Shown piece after piece: positions 37,522-47,300 of a stretch of DNA of 64,000 nt. The stretch is from Vicinamibacteria bacterium (GTDB taxonomy: Bacteria; Acidobacteriota; Vicinamibacteria; Marinacidobacterales; Marinacidobacteraceae): the NCBI GenBank assembly GCA_963668695.2, contig CAXXLQ010000004.1, forward strand, positions 2,752,001 to 2,816,000, given 5' to 3'. The notes beneath the pieces were generated by a model. That model did not search any database, had not been told where the DNA came from, and worked only from the letters and a program-made list of their open reading frames with translations. The position numbers were made by a program, and so were the translations under genes. How positions within the stretch are numbered: position 1 is the stretch's first letter; every line of letters begins with the position of its first letter.

Positions 37522-38823
37522 TCAGATCTGAACGGTCCGGAATCCCGCCATCACGTCGCGGCGGTCCGGGCTGAAGAAGTTGCGGTAGCGGCCGGTCAGC
37601 AGCCGGCCGCGAGTTGCCCAGGCGCCGCCGCGCAGTACCTTCGTCTCGTGGAATCCGGCCTCGGAATAGTCCCGGTAGGCGTCGGGACGAAAACCGGGAT
37701 AGGGCCGCAAGGTGTCCTCCGTCCACTCCCAGACGTTGCCGAGCATCTGCCGGCAGCCGAAGGCGCTGTCCCCGGCGGGCAGTGCTCCGACGTCGGAACA
37801 TCCGAGCGACCAGCCGTTGAGGTTCGCGCGCCGCGGGTCTGGAGGCGCCTCGCCCCAGGGGTACGTCCTTTTGGTTGCCGCCAGGCTGTTTCCGTCGGGT
37901 TCGCCGAGGGCGGCGGTCTCCCACTCCACCTCGGTGGGGAGCCGCCGTCCGGCCCAGGCGCAATAGGCACTGGCCTCGAACCAATTGACGTGGATGACAG
38001 GTTCGTTCAGGGGCAGCGGCTCGATGAGGTCGAACCGCCGCACCTGGAATCCTTGCCGACCGTCGGGAATCCAGTAAACGGGATGGGTTGCCGCGGCCTC
38101 TACCCTCCAATCCCAGCCCGGTTCGCTCCAGAACTCCCGCCGCTGGTAGCCGCCGGCATCCACGAATTCGGCGAACTCCGCTTGGCTGACCGGCGCCTTC
38201 GCGATCGAAAACGGCTGAACCCGGACCGGGTGCGCCCATTTTTCGTTGTCGAAGAAGAACGGCGCCTCCCTCTCCGCGCCGAGCCGGAACGTGCCGCCGG
38301 GGACGCTGGCGTCTCCCGGGTGGCTGCCGCCGCCCGCCGCTTCCGGCGTCCGACCCGGGCCGATTCGCGGCGCGGGGTAGCCGAGGGTCTGCCGGGAATA
38401 GATGTACGCCTCGGTGTGCATGTCCTCATGGAAGGTGGCGAACTGGTACATGAAACTGTTCCTGGTGCTCGCCAACCCTGGATCCAGTCTTTCCAGGCAG
38501 CGGTCCTTGACCGTTTCGGCGTAGCGGATCGTTTCGGCCATGCCCGGGAGGGGCAGATCCCAGCGAACCTCCTGGTGGACGGCCGCCGAGTCGTAGAGGT
38601 CGTCTCCCTCGGGCAAGATCGGCGCGTATCCGTAGAGGTCCCGCAGGATGAATCTCTCGTGGAACCAGGCAACGTGCCCGATCTCCCACCGCAGCGGGTT
38701 GACGATGGTCAACCGTGTTCCCATCAGTTGGTCCTCGTCGAGGCCGGCGGTCAGCGCCAGGCTTCGCCGGTGGGCGTCGTCCATGATGGCTGCGAGGTGA
38801 TCGGCCGGGACGCGCTTTGTCAT
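37522..38823 (-). CDS. senA: selenoneine synthase (EgtB-like DinB + FGE-sulfatase domains)
   Basis: VNPLRWEIGHVAWF and FHEDMHTEA metal-binding motifs (canonical EgtB has HEQQH), FDNE, RRLPTE.EWE, GNVWEW; adjacent senB. Confidence 0.85.
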   Translation of the reverse strand: MTKRVPADHLAAIMDDAHRRSLALTAGLDEDQLMGTRLTIVNPLRWEIGHVAWFHERFILRDLYGYAPILPEGDDLYDSAAVHQEVRWDLPLPGMAETIRYAETVKDRCLERLDPGLASTRNSFMYQFATFHEDMHTEAYIYSRQTLGYPAPRIGPGRTPEAAGGGSHPGDASVPGGTFRLGAEREAPFFFDNEKWAHPVRVQPFSIAKAPVSQAEFAEFVDAGGYQRREFWSEPGWDWRVEAAATHPVYWIPDGRQGFQVRRFDLIEPLPLNEPVIHVNWFEASAYCAWAGRRLPTEVEWETAALGEPDGNSLAATKRTYPWGEAPPDPRRANLNGWSLGCSDVGALPAGDSAFGCRQMLGNVWEWTEDTLRPYPGFRPDAYRDYSEAGFHETKVLRGGAWATRGRLLTGRYRNFFSPDRRDVMAGFRTVQI

Positions 38824-38848
38824 GGTTTCCGTCCGGGCGCGGAGTGAG

Positions 38849-39027
38849 CAGCCGGTGGTGAAACCCAGGCGGCGTTCGAGCGGCGATGCATCCCGGCTGA
38901 ACCGCGCCGCTATGCGGCGCTCGGCGTTGCGTTTGGGTCGAAATACACTTGGTATTCCTCCCTCACGCGCCTTGTCAGCCGGGCGCCTCGCCGCTCTCGG
39001 CGCTCACCCGGGTTCCAGCACAGGCTG
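38849..39027 (+). mobile_element. MITE family A copy 9 (179 bp) in the senA/senB divergent intergenic region
   Basis: TIRs CAGCCGGTGG / GCACAGGCTG; flanks TGAG/CTAA. Confidence 0.88.
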
Positions 39028-39041
39028 CTAAAGGGTCGCCC

Positions 39042-39995
39042 GTGCGGATCATTCTAGTAACCCCGGCGGGGGCGGGTTCGCGCAGCGGGAACCGCGTCAC
39101 GGCGGTCCGCTGGGCACGGATCCTTCGGTCGCTCGGCCACGGCGTCACAGTCGAGACCGCGTGGGACGGCGCTCCCGCGGACCTGCTGATCGCCCTCCAT
39201 GCCTGGCGGAGCGCCGCATCGGTCACCCGCTACCGATCGCGTTTTCCGGCCCGTCCGCTGATCGTGGCGCTCACCGGAACGGACGTGTACCGCTTTTTGC
39301 ACTCCGATGAAGCGACGACCCGGCGGTCGCTCCAAGACGCCGATGTCCTGATCGCGCTCCACGATCTGGTCCAGGACGCACTGCCGACGGAGTTCCTTTC
39401 GAAGGTGCGGGTCGTTCACCAATCGGTAGCGAACCCGGGTCTGCCGCGCCGTCCTTCCCGGCGTTTTTTCGATGTTTGCGTGGTCGGGCACCTGCGCTTC
39501 GAAAAGGACCCGATGAGAGCGGCCTACGCGGCGCGGGCCATGCCCGAGGCCTCCCGGTTGCGCGTTCTCCACGCCGGCGGAGCCCGCGACCCGAGCTGGG
39601 CGGAACCGGCGCGCCGGGAGATGGCCTGCAACCGGCGTTACCGGTGGCTTGGTGAGGTGCCCGGCTGGCGCGTGGGCCGGCTCTACGCCAGGACGCACGC
39701 CATGGTGATCTCATCGGTGATGGAAGGAGGGCCCAACGTGGTCTCGGAAGCGGTCGTGGCAGGGCTCCCGGTGATCGCTTCCCGGATTCCGGGGAACGTC
39801 GGCCTCCTCGGCCCGGACTACCCGGGCTACTACGCGCCGCAGGACACCGACGCGCTTCGCGAGGCGCTCTGGCGCGCCGAGAGCGCCCCTGGATTCCTCG
39901 ACGAGCTGGCCCGGCACGGCGCGCAGCGAGCGCCGCTCTTCGCGCCCGAGCGCGAACGGGAGACCTGGCGCCAACTGCTCAGCGCCGTGGGGTGA
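39042..39995 (+). CDS. senB: selenosugar synthase (GT-B glycosyltransferase)
   Basis: VTPA...GNRVTAVRWA, ALHAWRSA, LTGTDVY, GHLRFEKDP, SSVMEGGPNVVSEA, GNVGLLG.DYPGY: SenB-type pattern. Confidence 0.88.
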   Translation: MRIILVTPAGAGSRSGNRVTAVRWARILRSLGHGVTVETAWDGAPADLLIALHAWRSAASVTRYRSRFPARPLIVALTGTDVYRFLHSDEATTRRSLQDADVLIALHDLVQDALPTEFLSKVRVVHQSVANPGLPRRPSRRFFDVCVVGHLRFEKDPMRAAYAARAMPEASRLRVLHAGGARDPSWAEPARREMACNRRYRWLGEVPGWRVGRLYARTHAMVISSVMEGGPNVVSEAVVAGLPVIASRIPGNVGLLGPDYPGYYAPQDTDALREALWRAESAPGFLDELARHGAQRAPLFAPERERETWRQLLSAVG

Positions 39996-40055
39996 TACCC
40001 CGGCTCGGAGATCGGCAGGAGTGTCGGCAGCTCGAGGCCGGCGTGCATCACGCCG

Positions 40056-42605
40056 TCAGCGTTGCGGTTCGCGCAAGCGATCCTGACGGAGCCGCTCCAG
40101 ATTCTGCTGCGCCGTTTCGTTCCCGGGATCCAGCGCCAGCGCCCGCTCGAAGCTTTGGAGCGCCTCCTCGCGCCGGTTCAGGTAGTAGAGGGCGGCGCCG
40201 ACGTTGGAGTGGATCTGGGCACTGTCGGGGTCGGTCTCGAGATGTGTGCGGTAGAGATCAAGGGCGTCCCGGTAGCGGCCCTGCCCGAAACGCAGCAGCG
40301 CCAGGCGGTCCAGGGCGTCCGGGTGGCCGGGATCCAGTTCCAGCGCCCGCAGGTACCGCCGGGCCGCCTCCTCGTCCGGGCGCCCCATTGCGATGAGCGC
40401 GCGCCCGATCAGGACCTCGCGGGCGGGCCGCACGCTTACCTCGGGCTCCAGCGCGATCGAACGTTCCAGAGCTTCGATGGCGGCCTCGTATCGTCCCAGT
40501 TCGAAGAGGGTGGCCGCTCTTCCGGCGTGCGCCGAACCGAACGCGGGATCCAGCTCCAGCACCCGCCGGTATTCGTCGAGGGCCTTCTCGTAGAGCCCCT
40601 GATCGCGAAGCGCCTCGGCCACGTTCTGGAGGACGGCGACGCTTTCGGGGCCGGTCTCGCGGGCGCGACGGATGTGGACGTCGGCCTCTTCCGTCCGGCC
40701 CTGACGCCGCAGCACGCCGGCAAGCCGCAGCAGGGGGTCTCGGCTCGCGGGCTGCAGGCGCACCAACACGCGGTATTCCTCCGCGGCTTCCTCGAGACGG
40801 CCCAGTTCGCTCAGCGACTGCGCCCGCATGCTGCGCAGGTTCGCGGCGACGTCCGAGTCGGGCCGCATGACGAGGGCCCGGCCCAGCGCCTCCGCCGCTT
40901 CTTCGTGCCGGCCGAGTTGGAACAGCGCGTCGCCGAGTCCGGCGGCGGCGAGGCCGTAGTCGCCGTCCATCTCGAGCGCCTGCCGGTAGAAGCCGACTGC
41001 GGTCTCGTGTTGTCCCTGCCGCCGGAAGAGTTCCCCGAGGTTGTGGGTCGCATTCCGGTGATCGGGATCCAATTCCAGCACCCGGCGAAGGTGCTTCTCG
41101 CCTTCCTCGAAGCGCTCCAGATTGAGAAGTGCCGCCCCCAGGTTGGCATGGGCGTTTGCCGGATTCGCTGAGGTCTTCATGGCGCGCTCCGCCGCGTCGA
41201 GCGCCTCTTCGTGCCGACCCTCCTCGATGAGTGCATCGGTGAGATTGAGATAGGCGTCGCGGGCGTCCGGATTGAGGGAGACGATGTGACCGAAGAAGGC
41301 CGTCGGGGCCCGGTAGATTCCCGACTGGCGAAAAGTACTTTCCGAAAAGACGGCGAGCACCAGGACGAAGGAGGCTGCCACTGCGACCCTGCCGCCGCGC
41401 GGCAGGGCGTTCGCCCCCCGGGCGGCGCCGGCGATGACGAGAGCGATGATGCCGAGACCGGCAAGATACTGAAAGCGGTCCGCCACGAACGCGTACTGCA
41501 TGTAGCCGTAGTTCACGAACCCGAGCACCGGAGACAGGGTCACCCCGAAGAAGAGGAGCGCCGTGAGCGGCCCCCTCCCCACGTGGCGGCGTCCGAACCA
41601 AGCCGCCGCGCCGAGTGCTATCGCGGCGAGAAGATAGGCCCAGGCCACGGGGTCCGACGACCGGATGTCCCAGAGCGGATAGATCACCGGGAGCTCACCC
41701 GGCCAGATCAGCTTCCCGGCATAGAACCAGAGGGCGCGGGCCGCGATGAGCACCCGCTCCAGCAGGGAGTAGTCGAGTTCCACGACTTCACGGGTCCGGT
41801 AGTACGCGACATCCGCCACCGTAATCGCGAGCCCCACCGCAAAGAACGGAGCGGTCCGCAGGACATCACGACGCTCGACCCGGCCGGCCTTCCAGAAGCG
41901 TTCGAGGAGGAAAGAGGCAGGCAGGGTGACCGCGATCGACTTGCTGAGCAGTGCGGCCACGAACGCCAACAGGGAACCCAGGTAGCTGAGCGGTCGGGGG
42001 TTTCGGACGAACCGGAGCCACAGCAGAAATGCGCCCAGGAAGAAGGCCCCCGAGAGGAGATCCTTCCGTTCGATGACCCACGCCACCGACTCCACATGCA
42101 GCGGATGGACGGCGAAGGCGGCCGCCGCGAAGAATGCTCCCGGCACCTCGAGTCGCAGTAGCAGTCGCCAGATCAGCAACGTGCAGAGCAAGTGAAGCAG
42201 GAGATTGAGCAGGTGGTAGGGGAACGGCTCGAGCCCCCACAGTTGGCGTTCCAGCCAAAAGCTCGTGTACACGATGGGCCAGTAGTGGCCCTCGTGGCGG
42301 ATGGCGCCGGGCGAGGACCAGATCTTCGCGAGGCCCGAAACCCCCTCCCGCATCACCGGTTCCTCGACGAAAATGGTGTCGTCCCACACGAAGCCGGCGG
42401 AGAGCGTCGGGAAATAGCTGAGCAGGATCAGCAGCCCGAGGGCGAATCCCAGGAGCACAGTCCTCCGGAACCCGCCCCGCTTCGTGAGCGCGCTTGCGGG
42501 CTCCAACCGGTCCGGCGCGGCGTCCCGGCCACCCGGAACGGCCGTCCGTTCCAGCGCGCGCCGTTGACGCCCGGTCGGCCTGGTCGTGCGACGAGACGGC
42601 GTCAC
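40056..42605 (-). CDS. TMTC-like GT-C membrane glycosyltransferase with C-terminal TPR array
   Basis: GFVWDD after the first TM, AVHPLHVESVAW..ERKDLL, ALLSK, VADRFQY motifs, many TMs, then multiple TPRs. Confidence 0.8.
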   Translation of the reverse strand: MTPSRRTTRPTGRQRRALERTAVPGGRDAAPDRLEPASALTKRGGFRRTVLLGFALGLLILLSYFPTLSAGFVWDDTIFVEEPVMREGVSGLAKIWSSPGAIRHEGHYWPIVYTSFWLERQLWGLEPFPYHLLNLLLHLLCTLLIWRLLLRLEVPGAFFAAAAFAVHPLHVESVAWVIERKDLLSGAFFLGAFLLWLRFVRNPRPLSYLGSLLAFVAALLSKSIAVTLPASFLLERFWKAGRVERRDVLRTAPFFAVGLAITVADVAYYRTREVVELDYSLLERVLIAARALWFYAGKLIWPGELPVIYPLWDIRSSDPVAWAYLLAAIALGAAAWFGRRHVGRGPLTALLFFGVTLSPVLGFVNYGYMQYAFVADRFQYLAGLGIIALVIAGAARGANALPRGGRVAVAASFVLVLAVFSESTFRQSGIYRAPTAFFGHIVSLNPDARDAYLNLTDALIEEGRHEEALDAAERAMKTSANPANAHANLGAALLNLERFEEGEKHLRRVLELDPDHRNATHNLGELFRRQGQHETAVGFYRQALEMDGDYGLAAAGLGDALFQLGRHEEAAEALGRALVMRPDSDVAANLRSMRAQSLSELGRLEEAAEEYRVLVRLQPASRDPLLRLAGVLRRQGRTEEADVHIRRARETGPESVAVLQNVAEALRDQGLYEKALDEYRRVLELDPAFGSAHAGRAATLFELGRYEAAIEALERSIALEPEVSVRPAREVLIGRALIAMGRPDEEAARRYLRALELDPGHPDALDRLALLRFGQGRYRDALDLYRTHLETDPDSAQIHSNVGAALYYLNRREEALQSFERALALDPGNETAQQNLERLRQDRLREPQR

Positions 42606-43717
42606 CGGGTCCGGGCCCCCTTTGCCCCGTACACGTACCGATTGGCGGCGCCGAAATTCAGCAGACTGCCGATGAGCACCCCCGTAATCAGAGCCAGCAA
42701 GCGCTCTTCGGCGAAGAAGCCAACGAACCCGGTCAAGAACCAGTAGCTACCGAAATTCACGAGCAGTCCGGCGATGCTGGAGGCAGCAAAACGGATCCAC
42801 TGCCCACCGGGAGGCGCGGCGGGCCGGTCCCGGAAAGTAGCGATCCGGTTCCACCACCAGTTCCAGCTCACCGCCGGCCAGAAGGAGAGGAAGCGGGCCA
42901 CGAGGTGGGAAAGCCCCAGCCGTTGCAGACCGTAATAGAACGAGGTGTCCACCGCCAGCCCGCTGGCGCCGACCAGGCCGAACGAGAGGACGCGGAGTAG
43001 TGCGGGAAAACGGAACGCGTAGAGCCGCCCCAGGTGCACCAGAAATCGGAGTTGCTCCCGCCGGTTCAGCTTGCTGGCTCCGAGACTCCGATCGCGGAAA
43101 AGGAAGGGCACTTCCCGGACCCGCAGCGCGCCCCGGACCATGAGTTCGAGTCCAATCTTGTATCCGATCGGGCGAAGGTGTTCGCGAGATGGCAGGGCCC
43201 GGCGGTCCACCGCGAAAAAACCCGAGAGCGGATCGGAGCAGCAAACGAGAGGGCGCGCCAGTAGCGTGGCGACGCGGGAGTTCAGCCGGCGATATCTGCT
43301 CCAATGGCCCTCGATTCCGCCACCCGGGGCGTAGCGGCTGCCGACCACCAGGTCGCAGGCGCCGTCGAGCTTGGCCAACAGGTCGGGAATCCGCTCCGGC
43401 GGATGCGACAGATCGGCGTCCATGACGCAGATCCGGTCGAAGCGCGCGAGGCCGATTCCGTCGAGTACGGCAAGCGAGAGATCGCGCGGTTGGCCACGGC
43501 GGATTTCGAGGCGGATCGGGAGCCGGCGCGACAAGTCGGCTACCAATTCCTCACTCCCGTCCTGCGAATCGTCATCGGAAAGGAGCAGTTCCCATTCGAA
43601 GCCGCTGCCGGAGAGCGCCGCGCGGACAGCCTCGGCGAGTCGGCGAAGATTTGCCGATTCGCGAAGGGTTGGTACGACGACCGAGACCCCGTTTCGTGCA
43701 ACTGGCCTTTCGATCAT
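42602..43717 (-). CDS. polyprenol-monophosphomannose synthase-like GT2 fused to a GtrA domain
   Basis: VVVPTLRE, DDDSQDGS, MDADLSHPP, GSRY..GG, SDPLSGFF, GYKIGLE; C-terminal FGLVGASG...WNRIATF GtrA. Confidence 0.85.
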   Translation of the reverse strand: MIERPVARNGVSVVVPTLRESANLRRLAEAVRAALSGSGFEWELLLSDDDSQDGSEELVADLSRRLPIRLEIRRGQPRDLSLAVLDGIGLARFDRICVMDADLSHPPERIPDLLAKLDGACDLVVGSRYAPGGGIEGHWSRYRRLNSRVATLLARPLVCCSDPLSGFFAVDRRALPSREHLRPIGYKIGLELMVRGALRVREVPFLFRDRSLGASKLNRREQLRFLVHLGRLYAFRFPALLRVLSFGLVGASGLAVDTSFYYGLQRLGLSHLVARFLSFWPAVSWNWWWNRIATFRDRPAAPPGGQWIRFAASSIAGLLVNFGSYWFLTGFVGFFAEERLLALITGVLIGSLLNFGAANRYVYGAKGARTR

Positions 43718-44256
43718 CCCGTCCCTTAGGGCCCAAGCAGGCCCTTCCACCGTAGCGCAAGCGTGGGCTCCCGGGCGCCGGGGTTGCAAATGCGGGCTGC
43801 TTGGGCGCCATCGCGTCCGTACCTTTGGGTCGCGGACACGACGAGGCATTTTCGCTTCTTTGGTCGCGCCAATTGCCGAGGGGATCTGCGGAGCGGATTG
43901 TGGTGAATTCGATGCGCGAAATGAAGGGTCGCGCTTCGCGCCCCAAGCTGCGGTTTGCTGTCTCAGTTTGCCGGCCGGGAAGACTTCCGTCGAGCGACCC
44001 GTGTCCTGATACCCGGCGTTGAACAACTGTCCATCGGCCGCGAAAGAGGGCAGCTTCGAGAGGGTGTTCATCGAGACTCCGCGAGTCTGGTGACCGCCCC
44101 CCCGGAAACCCCCTCGGGGGCAGGCCGAGAATCTGCGCCCGGCTCGCCGTCGCCAGGGTTTTCGGTGCGGCTTCCGCCACCGCCGCGAGGTTCTCCAGCT
44201 GTTTTCCCGAAGGAATCGAGTGGGGTTGCGGTAACACCCAATAGGGAGACGTTCGA

Positions 44257-44283
44257 TTGACAATAGGAAATGGCGAATACAAT
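44257..44283 (+). promoter_or_regulatory. possible sigma70 promoter for the giant protein
   Basis: TTGACA (44257) and TACAAT (44278) with a short 15-nt spacer in an AT-richer patch. Confidence 0.4.
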
Positions 44284-44305
44284 CAATGGCGCGAGTCGGA
44301 AGTGA

Positions 44306-47300
44306 TTGAGAACAATCAGGACATTTCCCAAATGTCATGGGGTTGTGAAGACGTACCCAAAAGAATCCGGCGGATCAGAGCGTCGGGGAAGCGGATCCGG
44401 GGAAACTGAGCGGACCCCGCGGGCGCGCGGGGGTGCCGGAGGGACGCGTCGCGGGACGATCCTCCTGTTAGCGGGTCTGGCCGTGCTCCGGTCGGTCGCG
44501 GCCCCGGCGCAGACCGAAGTGGACCTTCTGACGACCACGCTGACACCGGCCGCAATCGGGACCTCGGGTGTGGGATACGCCCCACCAGGAACCGGGTCCC
44601 TCGGCGCCGACTCCTTCTACTACCGGGGATTCACGTACCAGATCAGAGGTCTCAGGGCTCGTTCGGTGGCCGGATTGGGCGCCAACCGGAGCCATTTCTG
44701 TCTGGCCTTCCAGTCGCCGTTCGTGAACGGCCTCCGGCACCGAGGCAGTCTTGCCAATGTCACGCTTTGGGTCGGAGACGATGCTTACGCATTGCGAGAT
44801 GCGCTCCAGGAAGGCGGCGCAAATCTTTGCTGGTACCCACGCGTGGCCTTCGGCCAGGTATTGGAGGCGGGGGTCGCGACGACGCTGCGGATCACGACGA
44901 CGGAGATGCGCCCGGTGCTCTCCATCGAAACCCAGCCGCGGAACGGCGACACCTATTTCAAAGGGGAAACGCTCCGATTCCGGCTCTCGACCGGGGATCG
45001 GATGAGGGTCAGGGGACAGCCGACGCTTGCGTTGAACATCGGAGGCGAGATCGTCGCCGCTACCGCCATGAGGGCGTGGGTGCGGCCTTATGTGGATTTC
45101 ACATACACCGTGGCCGATGGCGATGTGGACACCAACGGTGTGAGCGTGGCGGCGAACTTGTCGGAGACCGGCGGGACGCTTCAGCTCAATGGGGGCAGCC
45201 TCCTGACCGCGAACGATTCAATTGCCTTTCTCGAGTTCTCGGGTCTGCCCGACCAGGCGGGGCACAAGGTGAATGGTGACCTCGCGGACACGACGCCGCC
45301 GGCGCTTGCGAGCGCCACCGTTCAGTACCGCGAAGTATGGCTCGACTACGACGAGCCGCTCGACCGGAGCAGGAGGCCCGGCACCGGCCAATTCACGGTG
45401 ACGGTGGATGGGGCAGCGGCCAACATCGAGTCGGTCGGCTTTGGCTCTGACCGGCGGCTCGTGCTCACTCTCCAGACGGCGGTCGACACCGGCGACACGG
45501 TGCTTTTGTCCTCGACGGCGACGATCCGGGATCTGAGCAGGAACACCGAGGCGTCCCCGCCGGCCGACTACGCCCTCGTCAATAGGACTCTCGCCATGGC
45601 GCCCACCCTTGTCCTGTCCGTCAACAAGGAAGAAGTCGTTGAGGGGGAAGAATTTGAGCTGACAGCCACGCTATCCCAAAGCGTCGGGTACGCAGTCTCG
45701 GTGCCGCTGTCAGTGTCGCCACTTTTTGCGCTGAGGGACTTGCCATCCAGAATCGGGATTCCGGCCGGGGAGACGGAGGTGACGATACCGGTGACTACGA
45801 ATCACTTGGCTACTCGCGCCTACGACATCGAAGTCACCATAGGGGCGGGCGAAACCGATTTCTATTCCGGTCGTCCGGAAGTCACCTTCACCGCTCTGGA
45901 CCGGGATGCATCCTACCGATACAAGGTCCTACCCTTCTCCAATCTGGGAGAGGTCGTCGAGGGTGCCTCGAACACGAGCATCGGCGTCAACTTCAAGGTC
46001 TCCGCCGTCGGCCCCGCCGCCGCCGCCCCTGGATCCGTTGCCTTTCAGGTCCACACCCAGGGCCAGACGGCCAGGTACCCGGGCGACTATGCCGCGGTCG
46101 GACGATTAGTTGAGATCCTGCCTGAAGGTTTCACTTTCGTCGAGGCGGCCCAGCGGTGGGAGGCTTTGATCTCGGTTGAGGTCCAGATTCTCGCGGACGA
46201 CGAACCAGAAGGCGACGAAACCTTCGATCTCACGTTGAGCTCGGCGCCCGGGCGGAGGCAGAATGTGGACTTTTGCGGCTCGGGCCAAGCGCAGATTTGC
46301 CGGATCTCGATCCTGATCACCGATGACGACGTCGGAGTCCGCGTCGGTCTTGAAGCACGGGACGGATCCCAGCGGATTTCGACAGCGGAGAGCAGCGGCG
46401 AGGTCGAGGTGGACTTCGTGGGTTTTATTACCCCGGGTCTTGAGAGGGGTCCAGCGATGGAGTTCCGGATTGCGGCGGAGGACGGTTCTGCCAACCTGCC
46501 GGCCGACTACGGATTCTCGGGGGCGACCGGCGCCTCCACCACCGTACGGATTGGCGCTGCGGACTGGGTAACGGGGGAGGAGAACGGCGAGGTTCTCCTC
46601 ACCGTCAGAAAGCCGATCCGGTTCGACCTCACCGACGACCAGCTCGATGAGAATCAGGAGGAGTTCGGGGTGCGCCTGGGGGAACCCGTCGATCCCATCA
46701 AATACCTTGAGTCGATCGCCGGCAAGCAGTTCGTCACGGTAGCCATCGAGGACGACGACGAGCGCGGGGTGATCGTCTCGCCGACGCTTCTCGAACTCCT
46801 TCCCGGAGAGACGGGGAGCTACCAGGTCAACCTGGGCTCCCAGCCGACGGGGACCGTCACCGTCACCCTGGCCGGTCCCGATCATGGAGATCTGGAGGCC
46901 TCTCCGCCAACCCTCACCTTCACTGCCGATAGCTGGCGTACGGCCCAAGCGGTGAGCGTCGAGGCGACCGACGGCTTCCTCATCCCCGACGAGGCCACGA
47001 TCGACCACGAGGTGACTGGCGCCGACTACGCGGGCTTCGCGGCCGATTCGGTGTCCGTCCGGGCCACGAACGCGGACGATACCGACCCCCTGCCGCAGCT
47101 CGGAATCGCCGACGCTTCCGCTGGCGAAGATGACGGCACGATGTCGTTCGAAGTGACCCTGAGTGCCGCGAGCAGCGACGAGGTGACGGTCCGGTATGCG
47201 ACGGAGGAAGGAACCGCCGAAGCGGACGCGGATTTCACCGCGGCGTCCGGAACCGTGACGTTTGCCGCTGGCGTCCGAACCGCCACCATCGAGGTGACGC

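Noticed and set aside
43718-44305. Riboswitch or ncRNA in the long divergent intergenic region, and the 5' extension of ORF 42602-44338
   Set aside because: GC-rich hairpins are present but I recognise no known motif (an Rfam search would decide); the ORF extension upstream of 43717 does not look protein-like
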